Source: Acidimicrobiia bacterium | GTDB taxonomy: Bacteria; Actinomycetota; Acidimicrobiia; IMCC26256; JAGNEX01 | Assembly (NCBI GenBank): GCA_018003035.1 | Contig: JAGNEX010000004.1 | Coordinates: 651-64,650 of the forward strand | Length of the DNA: 64,000 bases | Direction: 5' to 3' | Shown: positions 45,775 to 55,750 of the stretch, in pieces | How the letters are laid out: each line of letters starts with the position of its first letter | Numbering within the stretch: the stretch's first letter is position 1 | Made by a program: the position numbers and the translations under genes | The notes under the pieces: generated by a model | Seen by the model: only the letters and a program-made list of their open reading frames with translations | Databases searched by the model: none | Told to the model about the DNA's origin: nothing

Positions 45775-47169
45775 GTGCCCGGCATGGATACACCTTGGTT
45801 GGGGGACGCCTGCTCGTTGGTCGACGCGTTTCGCGCTGGCACCAGACATCCTGTCGAAGAACTGACCGCTTGTCTGGACGCGATCGATCGCTCCGAATGT
45901 AATGCCTTTGACTTCATCGATCGCGAACCCGCCTTGACCGCGGCACGCAACGCCAACGTCGATCTGCCCTTTGGCGGGGTGCCGATCGGGATCAAAGACC
46001 TCTTCCCCGTGGCGGGGTGGCCCTATACCGAAGCATCGTTGGTCTTTGCAGACAGGATTTCGGACCATACGGGGACCGTCACCGAACGCGTTATCGCAAG
46101 CGGCGCGGTCCCGATCGGATCGACAACCTCGAGCGAGTTCGGCGGCATCAACTGCACCAGCACGAAGCTCAATGGCGACACACACAACCCATGGCAATTC
46201 GGGAAAACGCCAGGCGGTTCTTCGGGCGGTTCGGCCGCGGCTGTCGCTGCGGGCCTGGTACCCATCGCATCGGGTGGTGACGGCGGCGGGTCGATCCGCA
46301 TACCAGCTGGATTCACCGGTCTGGTGGGACTCAAAGCCACCTTTGGCCGCATCCCCAGGGGCCCTCACACCGAGGTCAACCCTCTCACCGTCTGTTTCGG
46401 AGCGCTGACCCGCAGCGTGCGCGACACTGCCCGATTCTTTGACAACACCAACGGTCACGACCCAACCGACCCCAACAGCCTTCCCAAAGTCGGCGGCTGG
46501 GAGTCGCGCCTCGGCACGCTGGACCTGGCCGGCGCAACGGTTGCCGTCGTCCCCGATCTTGGTGCGGCACGTGTCAGCGCCGAGGTGGCTGGCCGAATCG
46601 AGACCGCCGCAGACGTCTTAATTCGCGCAGTCGGACTCAAGCGCGTCGATCTGCCCATCGAGTTCCCAGCGGTGAGCATGGAATGGACGCTGGCAAACCT
46701 TGTGATTCTGCGCGGCGTGCTCGGAGACCTCTATCCAGCGTGCGAATCAGAACTGACCGACGAGATTGCCTTCGCGCTGCGCCTCGGAGAGATAGCGTTC
46801 GACCTCAACGTTGCCGCCAGAGTGGAAGTCCAGCGCGCGGCCTTGAACGACCGGATGGCGCAGTTGCTCTCCGAGGTCGACTTCATCATCGGAGCGACCA
46901 ACCCCGACGTTGCGTTCAGCGCGAGTGGACCGCTGCCAACCACAGTGGACGGGTTAAGCGTCGGGCTCGGCAACAACGGGGCGTTGACGATCCCCTCAAA
47001 CATTCACGGTAACCCGGCGATCTCGGTCCCCGCGGGTACCGTGAACGGGTTGCCCGTTGGGATGCAGATCATCTCCCAGCATTTCGCCGAGGAACGGTTG
47101 CTGTCGCTGGCACGATCGCTGGAGCTTGAGATGCCCTGGCCGCTCGTGGCAGCCAACGCGCCCTGCTGA
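45775..47169 (+). CDS. Amidase-signature family amidase
   Basis: 464 aa. AS signature GGSSGGSAAAVAAGLVPIASGGDGGGSIRIPA. Start is GTG 45775 or ATG 45784. Confidence 0.9.
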   Translation: MPGMDTPWLGDACSLVDAFRAGTRHPVEELTACLDAIDRSECNAFDFIDREPALTAARNANVDLPFGGVPIGIKDLFPVAGWPYTEASLVFADRISDHTGTVTERVIASGAVPIGSTTSSEFGGINCTSTKLNGDTHNPWQFGKTPGGSSGGSAAAVAAGLVPIASGGDGGGSIRIPAGFTGLVGLKATFGRIPRGPHTEVNPLTVCFGALTRSVRDTARFFDNTNGHDPTDPNSLPKVGGWESRLGTLDLAGATVAVVPDLGAARVSAEVAGRIETAADVLIRAVGLKRVDLPIEFPAVSMEWTLANLVILRGVLGDLYPACESELTDEIAFALRLGEIAFDLNVAARVEVQRAALNDRMAQLLSEVDFIIGATNPDVAFSASGPLPTTVDGLSVGLGNNGALTIPSNIHGNPAISVPAGTVNGLPVGMQIISQHFAEERLLSLARSLELEMPWPLVAANAPC

Positions 47170-47241
47170 GTGACCGGCGCCCGCGTCCAGCGCAACTGGC
47201 CATCAAAATCCGATGACGTCAGAACTCCGGTGTCATGCGGC

Positions 47242-47457
47242 TCAGATGCCGTCCTCAGCGACCTCGATATCCCAGCGTTCCAAACAGCTCCGGCATCGGT
47301 AGGCGACGATCGAACCGACCGGTGCCATGGCGCGGGGTTCGGTGAATGTGATCAGCCCGGCTTCATCCCCACAGTCGACGCAGATGATCCGTTCCGCAAT
47401 TCGCACGAGCTCTGCGTCGAAAGGACGGTTGTCGGCGTCCGATCCGGAAAAGGTCAT
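47242..47457 (-). CDS. Small zinc-ribbon-like protein (CxxC...CxxC)
   Basis: 71 aa from ATG 47457: MTFSGSDADNRPFDAELVRIAERIICVDCGDEAGL...AYRCRSCLERWDIEV. Follows the lipoprotein gene by 13 nt. Confidence 0.5.
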   Translation of the reverse strand: MTFSGSDADNRPFDAELVRIAERIICVDCGDEAGLITFTEPRAMAPVGSIVAYRCRSCLERWDIEVAEDGI

Positions 47458-47470
47458 GGGAGCCGGCCGA

Positions 47471-47974
47471 TCAACCCTCGTCGTCGCTGGCGGTGACACC
47501 CGCCGGCGCGGTCAGGGGCGCGCCAGGCGAACCTGCAGAGAGGGTCAAGATCCCGCCGCGCAGAGTGCCGGCAAGCTGGATCTCTTCGGGAACCCAAAAG
47601 TCGGTGTCTTGGTTCTTGAAATCCGGGAAGTCTTTGATCTGAACGATGTCGATGTTGATCTCGGCGCCATCGCATTGCGGCGGGTCGTCGTCGGTGAAGC
47701 CCTCGCACAACGATGCGGAGCGTCCGGCTTCGCTCTTGAGAAAGCCTCGAACCGCTACCACCCCATTTGAGTTCTTCAGTCGCAGGGCATCGTCGACGCC
47801 GATCGACTGGTCCGAGATCTGCACCTTGAAACTTGGGAGCGTCTCGTCGTCCTTGCCGCCATTGGCTGACCCGCAGGCCGTAGCGAGAGACGCGACGACG
47901 AGCGCTAGTCCCAGCGGGCGGACTGACCGGCTCAGCAGGCAGCGAAACGTGGACGAACTCGGGAAGGTTGACAC
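47471..47974 (-). CDS. Hypothetical lipoprotein
   Basis: 167 aa. Signal peptide with lipobox LALVVASLATAC-GS. No family recognised. Confidence 0.6.
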   Translation of the reverse strand: MSTFPSSSTFRCLLSRSVRPLGLALVVASLATACGSANGGKDDETLPSFKVQISDQSIGVDDALRLKNSNGVVAVRGFLKSEAGRSASLCEGFTDDDPPQCDGAEINIDIVQIKDFPDFKNQDTDFWVPEEIQLAGTLRGGILTLSAGSPGAPLTAPAGVTASDDEG

Positions 47975-48112
47975 GCCGCGAAAACTAGCACCCGACCCTC
48001 AAAAGCGAAGGCGATCCGGCCCCAGAATGTGCGTTGTTGGAGCACTGGCACATGCCAAGGGCCGTACGCCGGACCAGCGCGAACCCGCTCCAAATACCCG
48101 AGGCTTGGGACG

Positions 48113-48709
48113 TCAATCTGTAAAGGCAGCAACCTCGTCGAGCAGCCGTCCCAGGCGGGCAACGAGCAGCGACCCAGGCGCAGCCGCATCGAGCGTCGCT
48201 AGCACCGAACGGTGAAACCACAACTGGCTCTCCCGCCCCATGGTGAACTGCGACCAGGCGCCCGAACCGAACGCGTGTAGATCGGAAAGGGTCGCCGAGA
48301 GATTCCAAATTTTGTCCGCTGCGGTAACCCGGACGATGCCAATGTGAGGCATCGACGCTGCCAGTCGATCCAAATAGGCGGTCTTTCGCTCGCGCCACGG
48401 CGGCTTCGGGTCCGTTTTGGTGTCGCTGCACACATCGACGATATAGGCAACCTCTGAACCATAACGGTGCTCAATGTCAGCCAGACGGAAGGCGCCGCCA
48501 GCATCTTCGACCGCATCGTGAAGCAAAGCCGCTATCACCTCGGCCTCGGATCCACCGTCGTCCACCACCAGTGCCGCGACCCCCAAGAGGTGGCCGATGT
48601 AGGCCGGCGCCCCCGACTTTCTCCCCTGCGCTCCATGCACGGCATGCGCATAGGAAAAGGCATCATCCAATTGTCCAGAGAACCATTGCATGGGTGGACG
48701 CTCTGTCAC
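48113..48709 (-). CDS. HD-domain phosphohydrolase (SpoT/Mesh1-like small alarmone hydrolase candidate)
   Basis: 198 aa. AHAVHGAQGRKSGAPAYIGHLLGVA...ALLHDAVEDAG reproduces the H...HD...ED pattern of RelA/SpoT hydrolase domains. Confidence 0.75.
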   Translation of the reverse strand: MTERPPMQWFSGQLDDAFSYAHAVHGAQGRKSGAPAYIGHLLGVAALVVDDGGSEAEVIAALLHDAVEDAGGAFRLADIEHRYGSEVAYIVDVCSDTKTDPKPPWRERKTAYLDRLAASMPHIGIVRVTAADKIWNLSATLSDLHAFGSGAWSQFTMGRESQLWFHRSVLATLDAAAPGSLLVARLGRLLDEVAAFTD

Positions 48710-48874
48710 GTCGCTCCTCGGGTCCTTCGACCGCTGCTCTCGGTCACGTCAAAAAACTTTGCACCGGGAAGTTGGCGTACCACGGCTTGGTGCCCTGCCG
48801 CCCACACAACGCTCATTTAGCCCGACGCAGAGCCCGGTCGAAAGGTCTGTTGACCGAGCGATAGTCTGCCCGCC

Positions 48875-49909
48875 ATGACTCGACTCATCTCCCTCTTGGC
48901 CGCGCTCTTGCTCGTTACCGCAGCGTGCGGGTCCGACGACGCAAAGTCGGGCGAAACGACCACATCCCAGTCGGGGACCGCAACGACCGTCGAAGGCCAG
49001 ACCACGACCAGCGCCACGCAGGATGACACCGGGTCGACAGCAGCCGAGTCAGACGAAACCACGACAACCGATGCCGGCGGGCCGACCACCACCGCGGCGG
49101 TCAACGCCGAAATCGACATGAATGTCACCGACACCGGGGCCGAACCGCGCCAAGTTCTGAGGTACGACTTCAAGGCCGGCGTGCGCAACGTCACCACCGT
49201 GATGGACGCGTCCGCCTCACAGACGGTCGATGGCACACCAGTCCGCGAGCAGGCCAGCCCGACCCAGACGGTGAACGCAGTTCAAGAGATCACCGAAGTC
49301 AACGATGGGACGGCAACGGCGACTCAGACGATCAACGAGATCCTCTTCGATGGCAAAGCGCCAACCGGGGAACTCAAAACCAAAGCCGACCAGGCAATGG
49401 CGCGTCCCGTTGAAGTGAAGTTCGCCTCCGATGGCACACCCGAGATCATCTCGCCTAAGAGTCAGCAGGAACAGGCTGCTGCGGCCACCTCGGTCAACAT
49501 TCAAGGCGACACCGTGACGAAGTTCCCCGAAGAGGCCGTAGGCGTTGGCGCTACTTGGGAGGTCAACACCAAGATCACTTCGCAGGGTCTCGTGTTGGAC
49601 AACAAGGTGACCTACACGCTTACAAAGATCGACGGGAACCTGGTCACCATCGAATCGGTCGGCGAAGCGACGGTTCCCAAGGGGACCGAACTGCCACCGC
49701 AAGAAGGCTCCGCGGCCACGGGCACTATCGAAGAATTTGGCCAGCGCGTTGAGGCCACCGAGATCTACGACTTGTCCTGGCCTTGGCCGATCGAAAAGAC
49801 GACGTCGTCAACCGCCCGCCAATTCATTCGAGTCACCCAGAACGGCACCACTGCGGTGGCCGGCGTCGAGCAGAAGCAGACTGCAGAACTCACCAGCGAC
49901 GCAGGGTAG
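48875..49909 (+). CDS. Hypothetical lipoprotein with Thr-rich linker
   Basis: 344 aa. Lipobox LLLVTAAC-GS and a Thr/Ser/Glu-rich low-complexity N-region. No family recognised. Confidence 0.65.
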   Translation: MTRLISLLAALLLVTAACGSDDAKSGETTTSQSGTATTVEGQTTTSATQDDTGSTAAESDETTTTDAGGPTTTAAVNAEIDMNVTDTGAEPRQVLRYDFKAGVRNVTTVMDASASQTVDGTPVREQASPTQTVNAVQEITEVNDGTATATQTINEILFDGKAPTGELKTKADQAMARPVEVKFASDGTPEIISPKSQQEQAAAATSVNIQGDTVTKFPEEAVGVGATWEVNTKITSQGLVLDNKVTYTLTKIDGNLVTIESVGEATVPKGTELPPQEGSAATGTIEEFGQRVEATEIYDLSWPWPIEKTTSSTARQFIRVTQNGTTAVAGVEQKQTAELTSDAG

Positions 49910-49929
49910 CGAGCGTTCAGTGCGCTCGC
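49909..49929 (+). terminator. Hairpin overlapping the lipoprotein stop codon
   Basis: gcgagcg-ttcagtg-cgctcgc: 7-bp perfect stem, 7-nt loop, no U-tract. Confidence 0.3.
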
Positions 49930-50154
49930 ACTGGACGACAAACGAGCGGCATCTCGAGCGAGCGTGTCAGCCCCGGAACTTGAACCCCCGGGGAGAGCAA
50001 TGGCTGACGCGCCCGACTCGGCGGAAGCCCTAGGCTGTCCGCACCCGAAACCGACGGCCGGTCGCTGCCTTGCCCGAAGGCAGTCGCACGCATGCTTTGA
50101 TCTGCCCGGTTTCGCCCATTTCAGCGAAGCCCGACCGATCAGGAGCCAACAACC

Positions 50155-51414
50155 GTGACCGTGGCCGATCTAACCGCCGAAGATGTCAGAGCCGAAGTAA
50201 AGGCCTGGATCGACCAGAATTGGGATCCAGATCTGACCGTTGGACAATGGTGGGAGTTGCTTGCGGGCGGAGGCTGGTGCGCCCCAACGTGGCCGGAAGA
50301 ATGGTACGGCCGGGGCTATACCCGGGACCTGGGCAACGTGGTCTTCGATGAACTGCGCGCGGCCAACGTCATCGGCCCGCCGCTCGGCCTTGGTCTGGTG
50401 CTCGCAGGGCCGACCATCCTCACCCACGGAACCGACGAACAGAAACGACGGTACCTATGGCCGATCGTGACCGGCCAAGAGGCCTGGTGTCAGCTCTTTA
50501 GCGAGCCCGGTGCGGGAAGCGACCTGGCGAGCGTCGCATGCCGGGCGGACGCTGACGAAGAGGGATGGACCGTCAACGGTCAGAAGGTGTGGACCTCGGG
50601 TGGGCAGTTCGCCGAACTCGGCATGCTGATGGCACGCACCGACGCCAACCTTCCCAAGCACCAGGGCATCTCCTACTTTGCCTTCGAGATGCAACAGCCC
50701 GGCGTCGAGGTGCGCCCTCTGAAAGAAATGACTGGCCGAGCGCTGTTTAACGAAGTGTTCATGACCGATTGTCGGGTCAGCACCGACCAGCTCATCGGCG
50801 GACTGGGTAACGGGTGGAAGGTCGCTAACACCACCCTGATGTTCGAGCGCACCGGTCTCGGGGCTGGCGGCCAGGGTGGAATGGGCCAGGTCGCACCCGG
50901 ATCAATTGCGGGAATGCTCGACAAACGCGTCGGCGACCAGGTCGGACGCTCCTCTGGACCCGTCATGGGCGTCGGCCGGGACCCCGCCAAAGCCTTTGCA
51001 GCGTTGGCGCAAAGCCGCGGGGTCAACGACACCATCACCCGACAGATGTTGGCGCAGCTCCACACGCTGACCGAGATCGGCCGTTACACCCAGCTCCGGG
51101 CGAAAGCCGCTCAGCTCGCAGGAAAGAAGCCGGGACCCGAATCGAGTACCGGCAAGTTGCTGATGTCCAACATCGTCCGGTTATCCCGCGAAACGGGGCT
51201 CCGGATCCTGGGCGCCGACGCCATGCTGAACGGACCCGACGCCCCCTTCGGTGGGCGGATCCAAGAGATGGCGCTATTCAGCCCCGCCCCATCGATCTAC
51301 GGGGGCTCGGACCAGATCCAGCGCAACATCATCGGTGAGCGAGTGCTGGGACTCCCCCGCGAGCCAAGCACCGACCGTGACGTGCCGTTCAAGGAACTTC
51401 GCCTGTCTCGCTAG
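50155..51414 (+). CDS. Acyl-CoA dehydrogenase family protein
   Basis: 419 aa. Motifs WCQLFSEPGAGSDLAS and NGQKVWTSG, with C-terminal IYGGSDQIQRNIIGERVLGLP. GTG start with AGGAG 10 nt upstream. Confidence 0.88.
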   Translation: MTVADLTAEDVRAEVKAWIDQNWDPDLTVGQWWELLAGGGWCAPTWPEEWYGRGYTRDLGNVVFDELRAANVIGPPLGLGLVLAGPTILTHGTDEQKRRYLWPIVTGQEAWCQLFSEPGAGSDLASVACRADADEEGWTVNGQKVWTSGGQFAELGMLMARTDANLPKHQGISYFAFEMQQPGVEVRPLKEMTGRALFNEVFMTDCRVSTDQLIGGLGNGWKVANTTLMFERTGLGAGGQGGMGQVAPGSIAGMLDKRVGDQVGRSSGPVMGVGRDPAKAFAALAQSRGVNDTITRQMLAQLHTLTEIGRYTQLRAKAAQLAGKKPGPESSTGKLLMSNIVRLSRETGLRILGADAMLNGPDAPFGGRIQEMALFSPAPSIYGGSDQIQRNIIGERVLGLPREPSTDRDVPFKELRLSR

Positions 51415-51424
51415 AAGCGTTTGG

Positions 51425-51453
51425 CCGGACGGTCGCCTGCGCTGGCCGTCCGG
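51425..51453 (+). terminator. Stem-loop after the acyl-CoA dehydrogenase gene
   Basis: ccggacgg (51425-51432) pairs with ccgtccgg (51446-51453), followed by GGTTTG. Lies in a convergent intergenic region. Confidence 0.3.
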
Positions 51454-51576
51454 GTTTGCCGAGGACCGACGATCCGCGGTGCTGTCGTCGGCCGAACCGG
51501 CGGTCAGAGCGCGTTTTACTTCTGGCCGCCGATACAGGCGTCTACGCAGCGATTTCGTACGCCCGCCCGGGCGGTT

Positions 51577-52971
51577 TCACGCCACCCCGCAGAACGCGGC
51601 CATGAAGGCTGCGTACGTCGAAACGTCGACAGTCGCCATGAGCTCGCGCGCTGAATGCATGGACAGTTGCGGGGCGCCAATGTCGAATGCAGGAACGCCG
51701 AGACGCGCTGCGACAGCCGGTCCGACGGTGGAGCCGCAAGCCATGTCGTTTCGCATGACGAAACGCTGAAGTGGCAGGCCTGCGCTCGCAGCGAGGTCGG
51801 AAGCGAAAGCGCTTGACGCTCCGTCTGTCGTGTACCGCTGCGAGGCATTGAACTTCAGCACGGGTCCCCCGCCTGGGATGATCTGATGATGCGGGTCGTG
51901 TAGGTCGGGCCGCGCTGGATGCGTGGCATGCGCCATATCGGCAGAACACAACCATGAATTGGCGACCGCTATTTCGAAGTCCTCCGAGGACACGCCGATG
52001 CTCCTCAGCGCCCGGCGCACTACCAGGTTGAGGAATTCGCTGTCGGCGCCGACATCTGACACCGAGCCAACCTCCTCGTGATCAAAAAGCGCGACGATCA
52101 CGCCCACCCCGCCTGCACCGCCTTTCGCCGCGTGACTGACGATGGCTTCGAGCGCGCTCCAGCTGGAACAGAGATTGTCGAGCCTGGGCGCCGACAAGAG
52201 GTCCCGGTCTGCGCCGATCAGTTCCGAGATCGCAGCGTCGACCAGCATGACGTCAAAGCCAGTGACGGCATCCGGCTGCACGCCCGCATCCTCGGCGAGG
52301 AGGCCGACGACGTCGACCGGCGGGATCAACCCGGTCACTCCAACGGTGTCGACTTGTGCGTTCGTGCGCATTTCGACGTTGACTTGCCGATCGAGGTGCA
52401 CAGCGACCGAGGGGATCTGCACCAGTGCCGTCGAGGAGTCGACCAGCGACGACTGCGCCTCGCCCGACGCGAAGATCCGCCCAGCGACCCGAAGCGGACG
52501 GTTCATCCACGTATGCAGAATGGGGCTGCCATAGACCTCGACATGCAGGGTGGACCAACCGCAGCTCATGGCTGCTGAACGCGGTTTGAGTCGCAGGCCG
52601 GGGCTGTCGGTATGTGCGGCGATGATGCGCAGGCCCGACGTTGGTTCCCAGTCATCCGGTAGCGACCAGGCAACCAACGTCCCTCCGCGCGGCACGTACC
52701 CACGCCGGACTGGCGACCGCCACGGCTCGGTGAGGTCGCATTCAGAAAACCCGCCCCCAGCGAGTCGCCGACTCGCGTTATACACAGCGTGGTAAGGCGT
52801 CGGGCAAGCGTCGATCCACTCCCCTAGCTCTGCGGCTCTAGCGACCTGCCACGGGCCGGGAACCTCGCCCTCTTCGGTCGACACGTTCGGCTGAGCTACG
52901 CCGATGTCGGTCAAATCGTTGCCAGCTGGCTTCGGGCTCATCGCGGCCTCCTCACTCACCGTTTCAGACAC
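51577..52971 (-). CDS. M18-family aminopeptidase (aspartyl aminopeptidase-like)
   Basis: 464 aa. Motifs IIAAHTDSPGLRLKP, LFDHEEVGS and SADMAHATHP. Confidence 0.88.
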   Translation of the reverse strand: MSETVSEEAAMSPKPAGNDLTDIGVAQPNVSTEEGEVPGPWQVARAAELGEWIDACPTPYHAVYNASRRLAGGGFSECDLTEPWRSPVRRGYVPRGGTLVAWSLPDDWEPTSGLRIIAAHTDSPGLRLKPRSAAMSCGWSTLHVEVYGSPILHTWMNRPLRVAGRIFASGEAQSSLVDSSTALVQIPSVAVHLDRQVNVEMRTNAQVDTVGVTGLIPPVDVVGLLAEDAGVQPDAVTGFDVMLVDAAISELIGADRDLLSAPRLDNLCSSWSALEAIVSHAAKGGAGGVGVIVALFDHEEVGSVSDVGADSEFLNLVVRRALRSIGVSSEDFEIAVANSWLCSADMAHATHPARPDLHDPHHQIIPGGGPVLKFNASQRYTTDGASSAFASDLAASAGLPLQRFVMRNDMACGSTVGPAVAARLGVPAFDIGAPQLSMHSARELMATVDVSTYAAFMAAFCGVA

Positions 52972-53039
52972 GACCTTAGGCGCCCACCTCGGAGCTGGCC
53001 GGTGTACCCACGCGACCGGCTCAGCTCCCTGGGCCCGCA

Positions 53040-54524
53040 GTGTTGAGAACGGACCGGTCTGGGCGACCGTCCCTCGGTCAAGCCGGGTACGGTTGGCCGA
53101 TCATGGCGCACGATCGCACGCAGCTACCGGGCCGAGCACGGCGTCGAGACATCCCGTCGCCGACGACGGACACGGAAACGCTCGGCCGTTTGAGTCGAAT
53201 CGTTGGCGACGCAAATGTGCTGATCGATCCGGCCGTTACAACCGCGTACGCCACCGACTGGACTCAACGCTGGCGGAGTCGTGACATCGTCGTGGTACGG
53301 CCCGGGAGTGCCAGAGAAGCCGTCGAATGCCTACGGGTCGCGGGGGCGACGGATTGGCCGGTCCAGTTGCAGGGCGGCAACACCGGCCTTGTCGGCGGAT
53401 CCCATCCGTTGGACCGGACCCTACTCATCAGCACGTCGCGTTTGCGTCGACTCGACCTTGACAACGCGTCGGATGGATTCGTCGTCGCCGACGCGGGCGT
53501 CACCCTGGCCGAGATGCAACAGGCGGTACGGCCGCTTGGCTGGGATCCGGGTATCGACATGGCCTCACGCGACTTGGCGACCGTTGGGGGGATGGTGGCA
53601 ACCAATGCCGGAGGCGTGAGCGTTCTTGCACACGGGATGACGGCCGCCCGCGCGGTGTCCGCGGAGGTTTTCTCCGTGATCGGCGACCCGATCTCGACCC
53701 TCCATCCCTTGATCAAAGACAACGCTGGACCACGCTTGGATCGGCTGCTGATCGGGTCCGAAGGAACGCTTGGGATGATCACGAAGGTGGCGTGGCGTCT
53801 GGTCCCCTGGCTGCCGTCGAGGTTGACCGTGGCCGTGCCCTTCGCTGACCTTGCGGACGCGGTGGCCTTCGTGCGCGACGCGCGACGCCTCCCCGGTCTG
53901 ATCGCTGCTGAGGCGTGGGACCAGACAACGTCTCAACTCGCCGGTCGAGCCGTGGGCAATCGTGCCGCCGCCGCTTCGTCGCCAGGGTGGACGGTCCTTG
54001 CGGAGTACGCATCAGGCCAGGTCGACGAGCAGATGTTGGCGCCGATCGCTCACTGGTTAGACGATGCCGTCGTTGCGACGGATGGCCCCGGCCGGCGGCG
54101 GCTGTGGGCAGTCCGAGAAGACGCTCCCCTAGCGCTCACCCGACTGGGCGTTCCAGTGAAGGCCGATATCAGCCTGCCACTCGCCGGCCTGGCAAAGACG
54201 GCGAATGAATTGCGCCGCAGTCTGGCCGCGGCCGAGCCCGACTGGCTGCTCGCGATGTTCGGGCATTTGGGCGACGGCAATCTTCACCTGAACGCGGTCG
54301 GCGATGGTTCAGACAACGCGGAGCGCGCCGAACGGTTCCTGAACACTGCGTTGGAAGCCGTGTTGGAACTGGGCGGTGCGGTGAGCGCCGAACACGGGCT
54401 CGGACGAGCAAAGGCCCAGTACCTCGCGGCCGCCCGGCCCGCTGAGGAACCCTGGCTTCGCCGCCTCAAGGACACCTTTGACCCGGACGGTCGACTCAAC
54501 CAGGGTGTCTTAGGCCTGGGCTGA
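53040..54524 (+). CDS. FAD-linked oxidase (GlcD/PCMH family)
   Basis: 494 aa. FAD-binding PCMH pattern VVRPGSAREAVECLRVA...QGGNTGLVGGS and a C-terminal FAD-oxidase_C-like region (SAEHGLGRAK...DPDGRLNQG). The likely true start is ATG 53103. Confidence 0.85.
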   Translation: MLRTDRSGRPSLGQAGYGWPIMAHDRTQLPGRARRRDIPSPTTDTETLGRLSRIVGDANVLIDPAVTTAYATDWTQRWRSRDIVVVRPGSAREAVECLRVAGATDWPVQLQGGNTGLVGGSHPLDRTLLISTSRLRRLDLDNASDGFVVADAGVTLAEMQQAVRPLGWDPGIDMASRDLATVGGMVATNAGGVSVLAHGMTAARAVSAEVFSVIGDPISTLHPLIKDNAGPRLDRLLIGSEGTLGMITKVAWRLVPWLPSRLTVAVPFADLADAVAFVRDARRLPGLIAAEAWDQTTSQLAGRAVGNRAAAASSPGWTVLAEYASGQVDEQMLAPIAHWLDDAVVATDGPGRRRLWAVREDAPLALTRLGVPVKADISLPLAGLAKTANELRRSLAAAEPDWLLAMFGHLGDGNLHLNAVGDGSDNAERAERFLNTALEAVLELGGAVSAEHGLGRAKAQYLAAARPAEEPWLRRLKDTFDPDGRLNQGVLGLG

Positions 54525-54905
54525 TCAGCGCTTCTTCTTTTTGCCCTTACCGTCGGGGCGCGCCTGACCCTTCTTGCGGCGCCCAAAAAAGCTCCGGCCA
54601 GGCTTCTTTTGCAGCTCTTGAGCGAGCGCCTGCACTTCTGAGTTGACGATGTCTTCGGCCGAGTCCAGCAGCGCCGCAATGTCGTCGTCGGACACTTCGA
54701 GCGATTGCGGTTCGCTCGGGCTGGGCGTCGGAGCAAGGCTCCCGTAGTTCCAACCAGCGTCGTATGTGCGCCGAACGAAACTCGGGCAGTCATCCGGGCA
54801 TCGCCAAGGCGCTTCCGGTGCAAGGTCTAAACGGCATTTACGAACAACGTCGCCCGTCGCATAGGTTCGGCTCTCGTAGTATCGGCAGTCTTCACGCATT
54901 CCCAC
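54525..54905 (-). CDS. Small Cys4 protein with acidic centre and Lys-rich tail
   Basis: 126 aa: MGMREDCRYYESRTYATGDVVRKCRLDLAPEAPWRCPDDCPSF..., ending GKGKKKKR. Four Cys at positions 7, 24, 36 and 40. Its stop codon abuts the FAD-oxidase stop (TGATCA). Confidence 0.6.
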   Translation of the reverse strand: MGMREDCRYYESRTYATGDVVRKCRLDLAPEAPWRCPDDCPSFVRRTYDAGWNYGSLAPTPSPSEPQSLEVSDDDIAALLDSAEDIVNSEVQALAQELQKKPGRSFFGRRKKGQARPDGKGKKKKR

Positions 54906-54955
54906 GGGTCACATTCTCGCGCTACGTACAGGGCGATGGAAGGAACGTTTTGGCT

Positions 54956-55654
54956 ATGGACAAGATCACCACCGCAGTTGAGGACGGACTTTTAGTGGTT
55001 CGGATCGATGACGGAAAGGCCAATGTCATCGGCTCCCCCGAACTGGCGGTGTTGAATTCGGCGCTGGACCAGGCCGAAACCGATCGGCTGCCCATCCTGT
55101 TGGTTGGCCGACCGGGCAAGTTTTCGGCCGGTTTTGATCTGGCCGAAATGGCCGCGTCGACCGAAGAGATGCGAGCGCTCGTCAAGGGCGGCGCGCAGTT
55201 CCTCATGCGTCTGTTTACCTCGCCGCGGCCTGTCGTGTGCGCCGCGACGGGTCATTCGTTGGCTCTCGGCGCGCTGATGCTGCTTGCCAGCGACTACCGA
55301 GTTGGCGCGTCCGGGCCGTACAAAGTTGGCTTGAACGAAGTTGCGATCGGCATGCAACTTCCGATCTTTGGTGTCGAACTAGCGAAGGCACGGATGACGC
55401 CTGGCGATGTGGAACGTTCGGCGCTTCACAGCACCGTGTATTCGCCAGAACAGGCTCAGACCATTGGATTTCTCGACGAGGTAGTCGCCGAAGACCAGGT
55501 CGAGTCGACCGCCCGAGCCCACGCCCAGCGACTGGGGGCACTGCGCATCGGGGCGTACTCCATCACCAAGAACACGATCCGCGGGGCACGTGCTGCATAT
55601 GTTGCCGAAACTTTGGACGAAGACATCGCCAGCCTTCAAGGACCAAAGCTCTGA
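54956..55654 (+). CDS. Enoyl-CoA hydratase/isomerase (crotonase) family protein
   Basis: 232 aa from ATG 54956: MDKITTAVEDGLLVVRIDDGKANV...GKFSAGFDL (oxyanion-hole segment). Confidence 0.85.
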   Translation: MDKITTAVEDGLLVVRIDDGKANVIGSPELAVLNSALDQAETDRLPILLVGRPGKFSAGFDLAEMAASTEEMRALVKGGAQFLMRLFTSPRPVVCAATGHSLALGALMLLASDYRVGASGPYKVGLNEVAIGMQLPIFGVELAKARMTPGDVERSALHSTVYSPEQAQTIGFLDEVVAEDQVESTARAHAQRLGALRIGAYSITKNTIRGARAAYVAETLDEDIASLQGPKL

Positions 55655-55750
55655 CCGGCCCCGACGTCGAATGCCGCCGACGTTGTGCCGGCGGCGCATC
55701 GTTGAGGCGCCAGGATTTCATAGGTTGACCACTACAAAGGACCAGCGGCA

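Noticed and set aside
45646-46458. 270-aa minus-strand ORF antisense to the amidase gene
   Set aside because: The sense strand carries the amidase signature sequence. The antisense frame is an Arg/Gly-rich shadow ORF.
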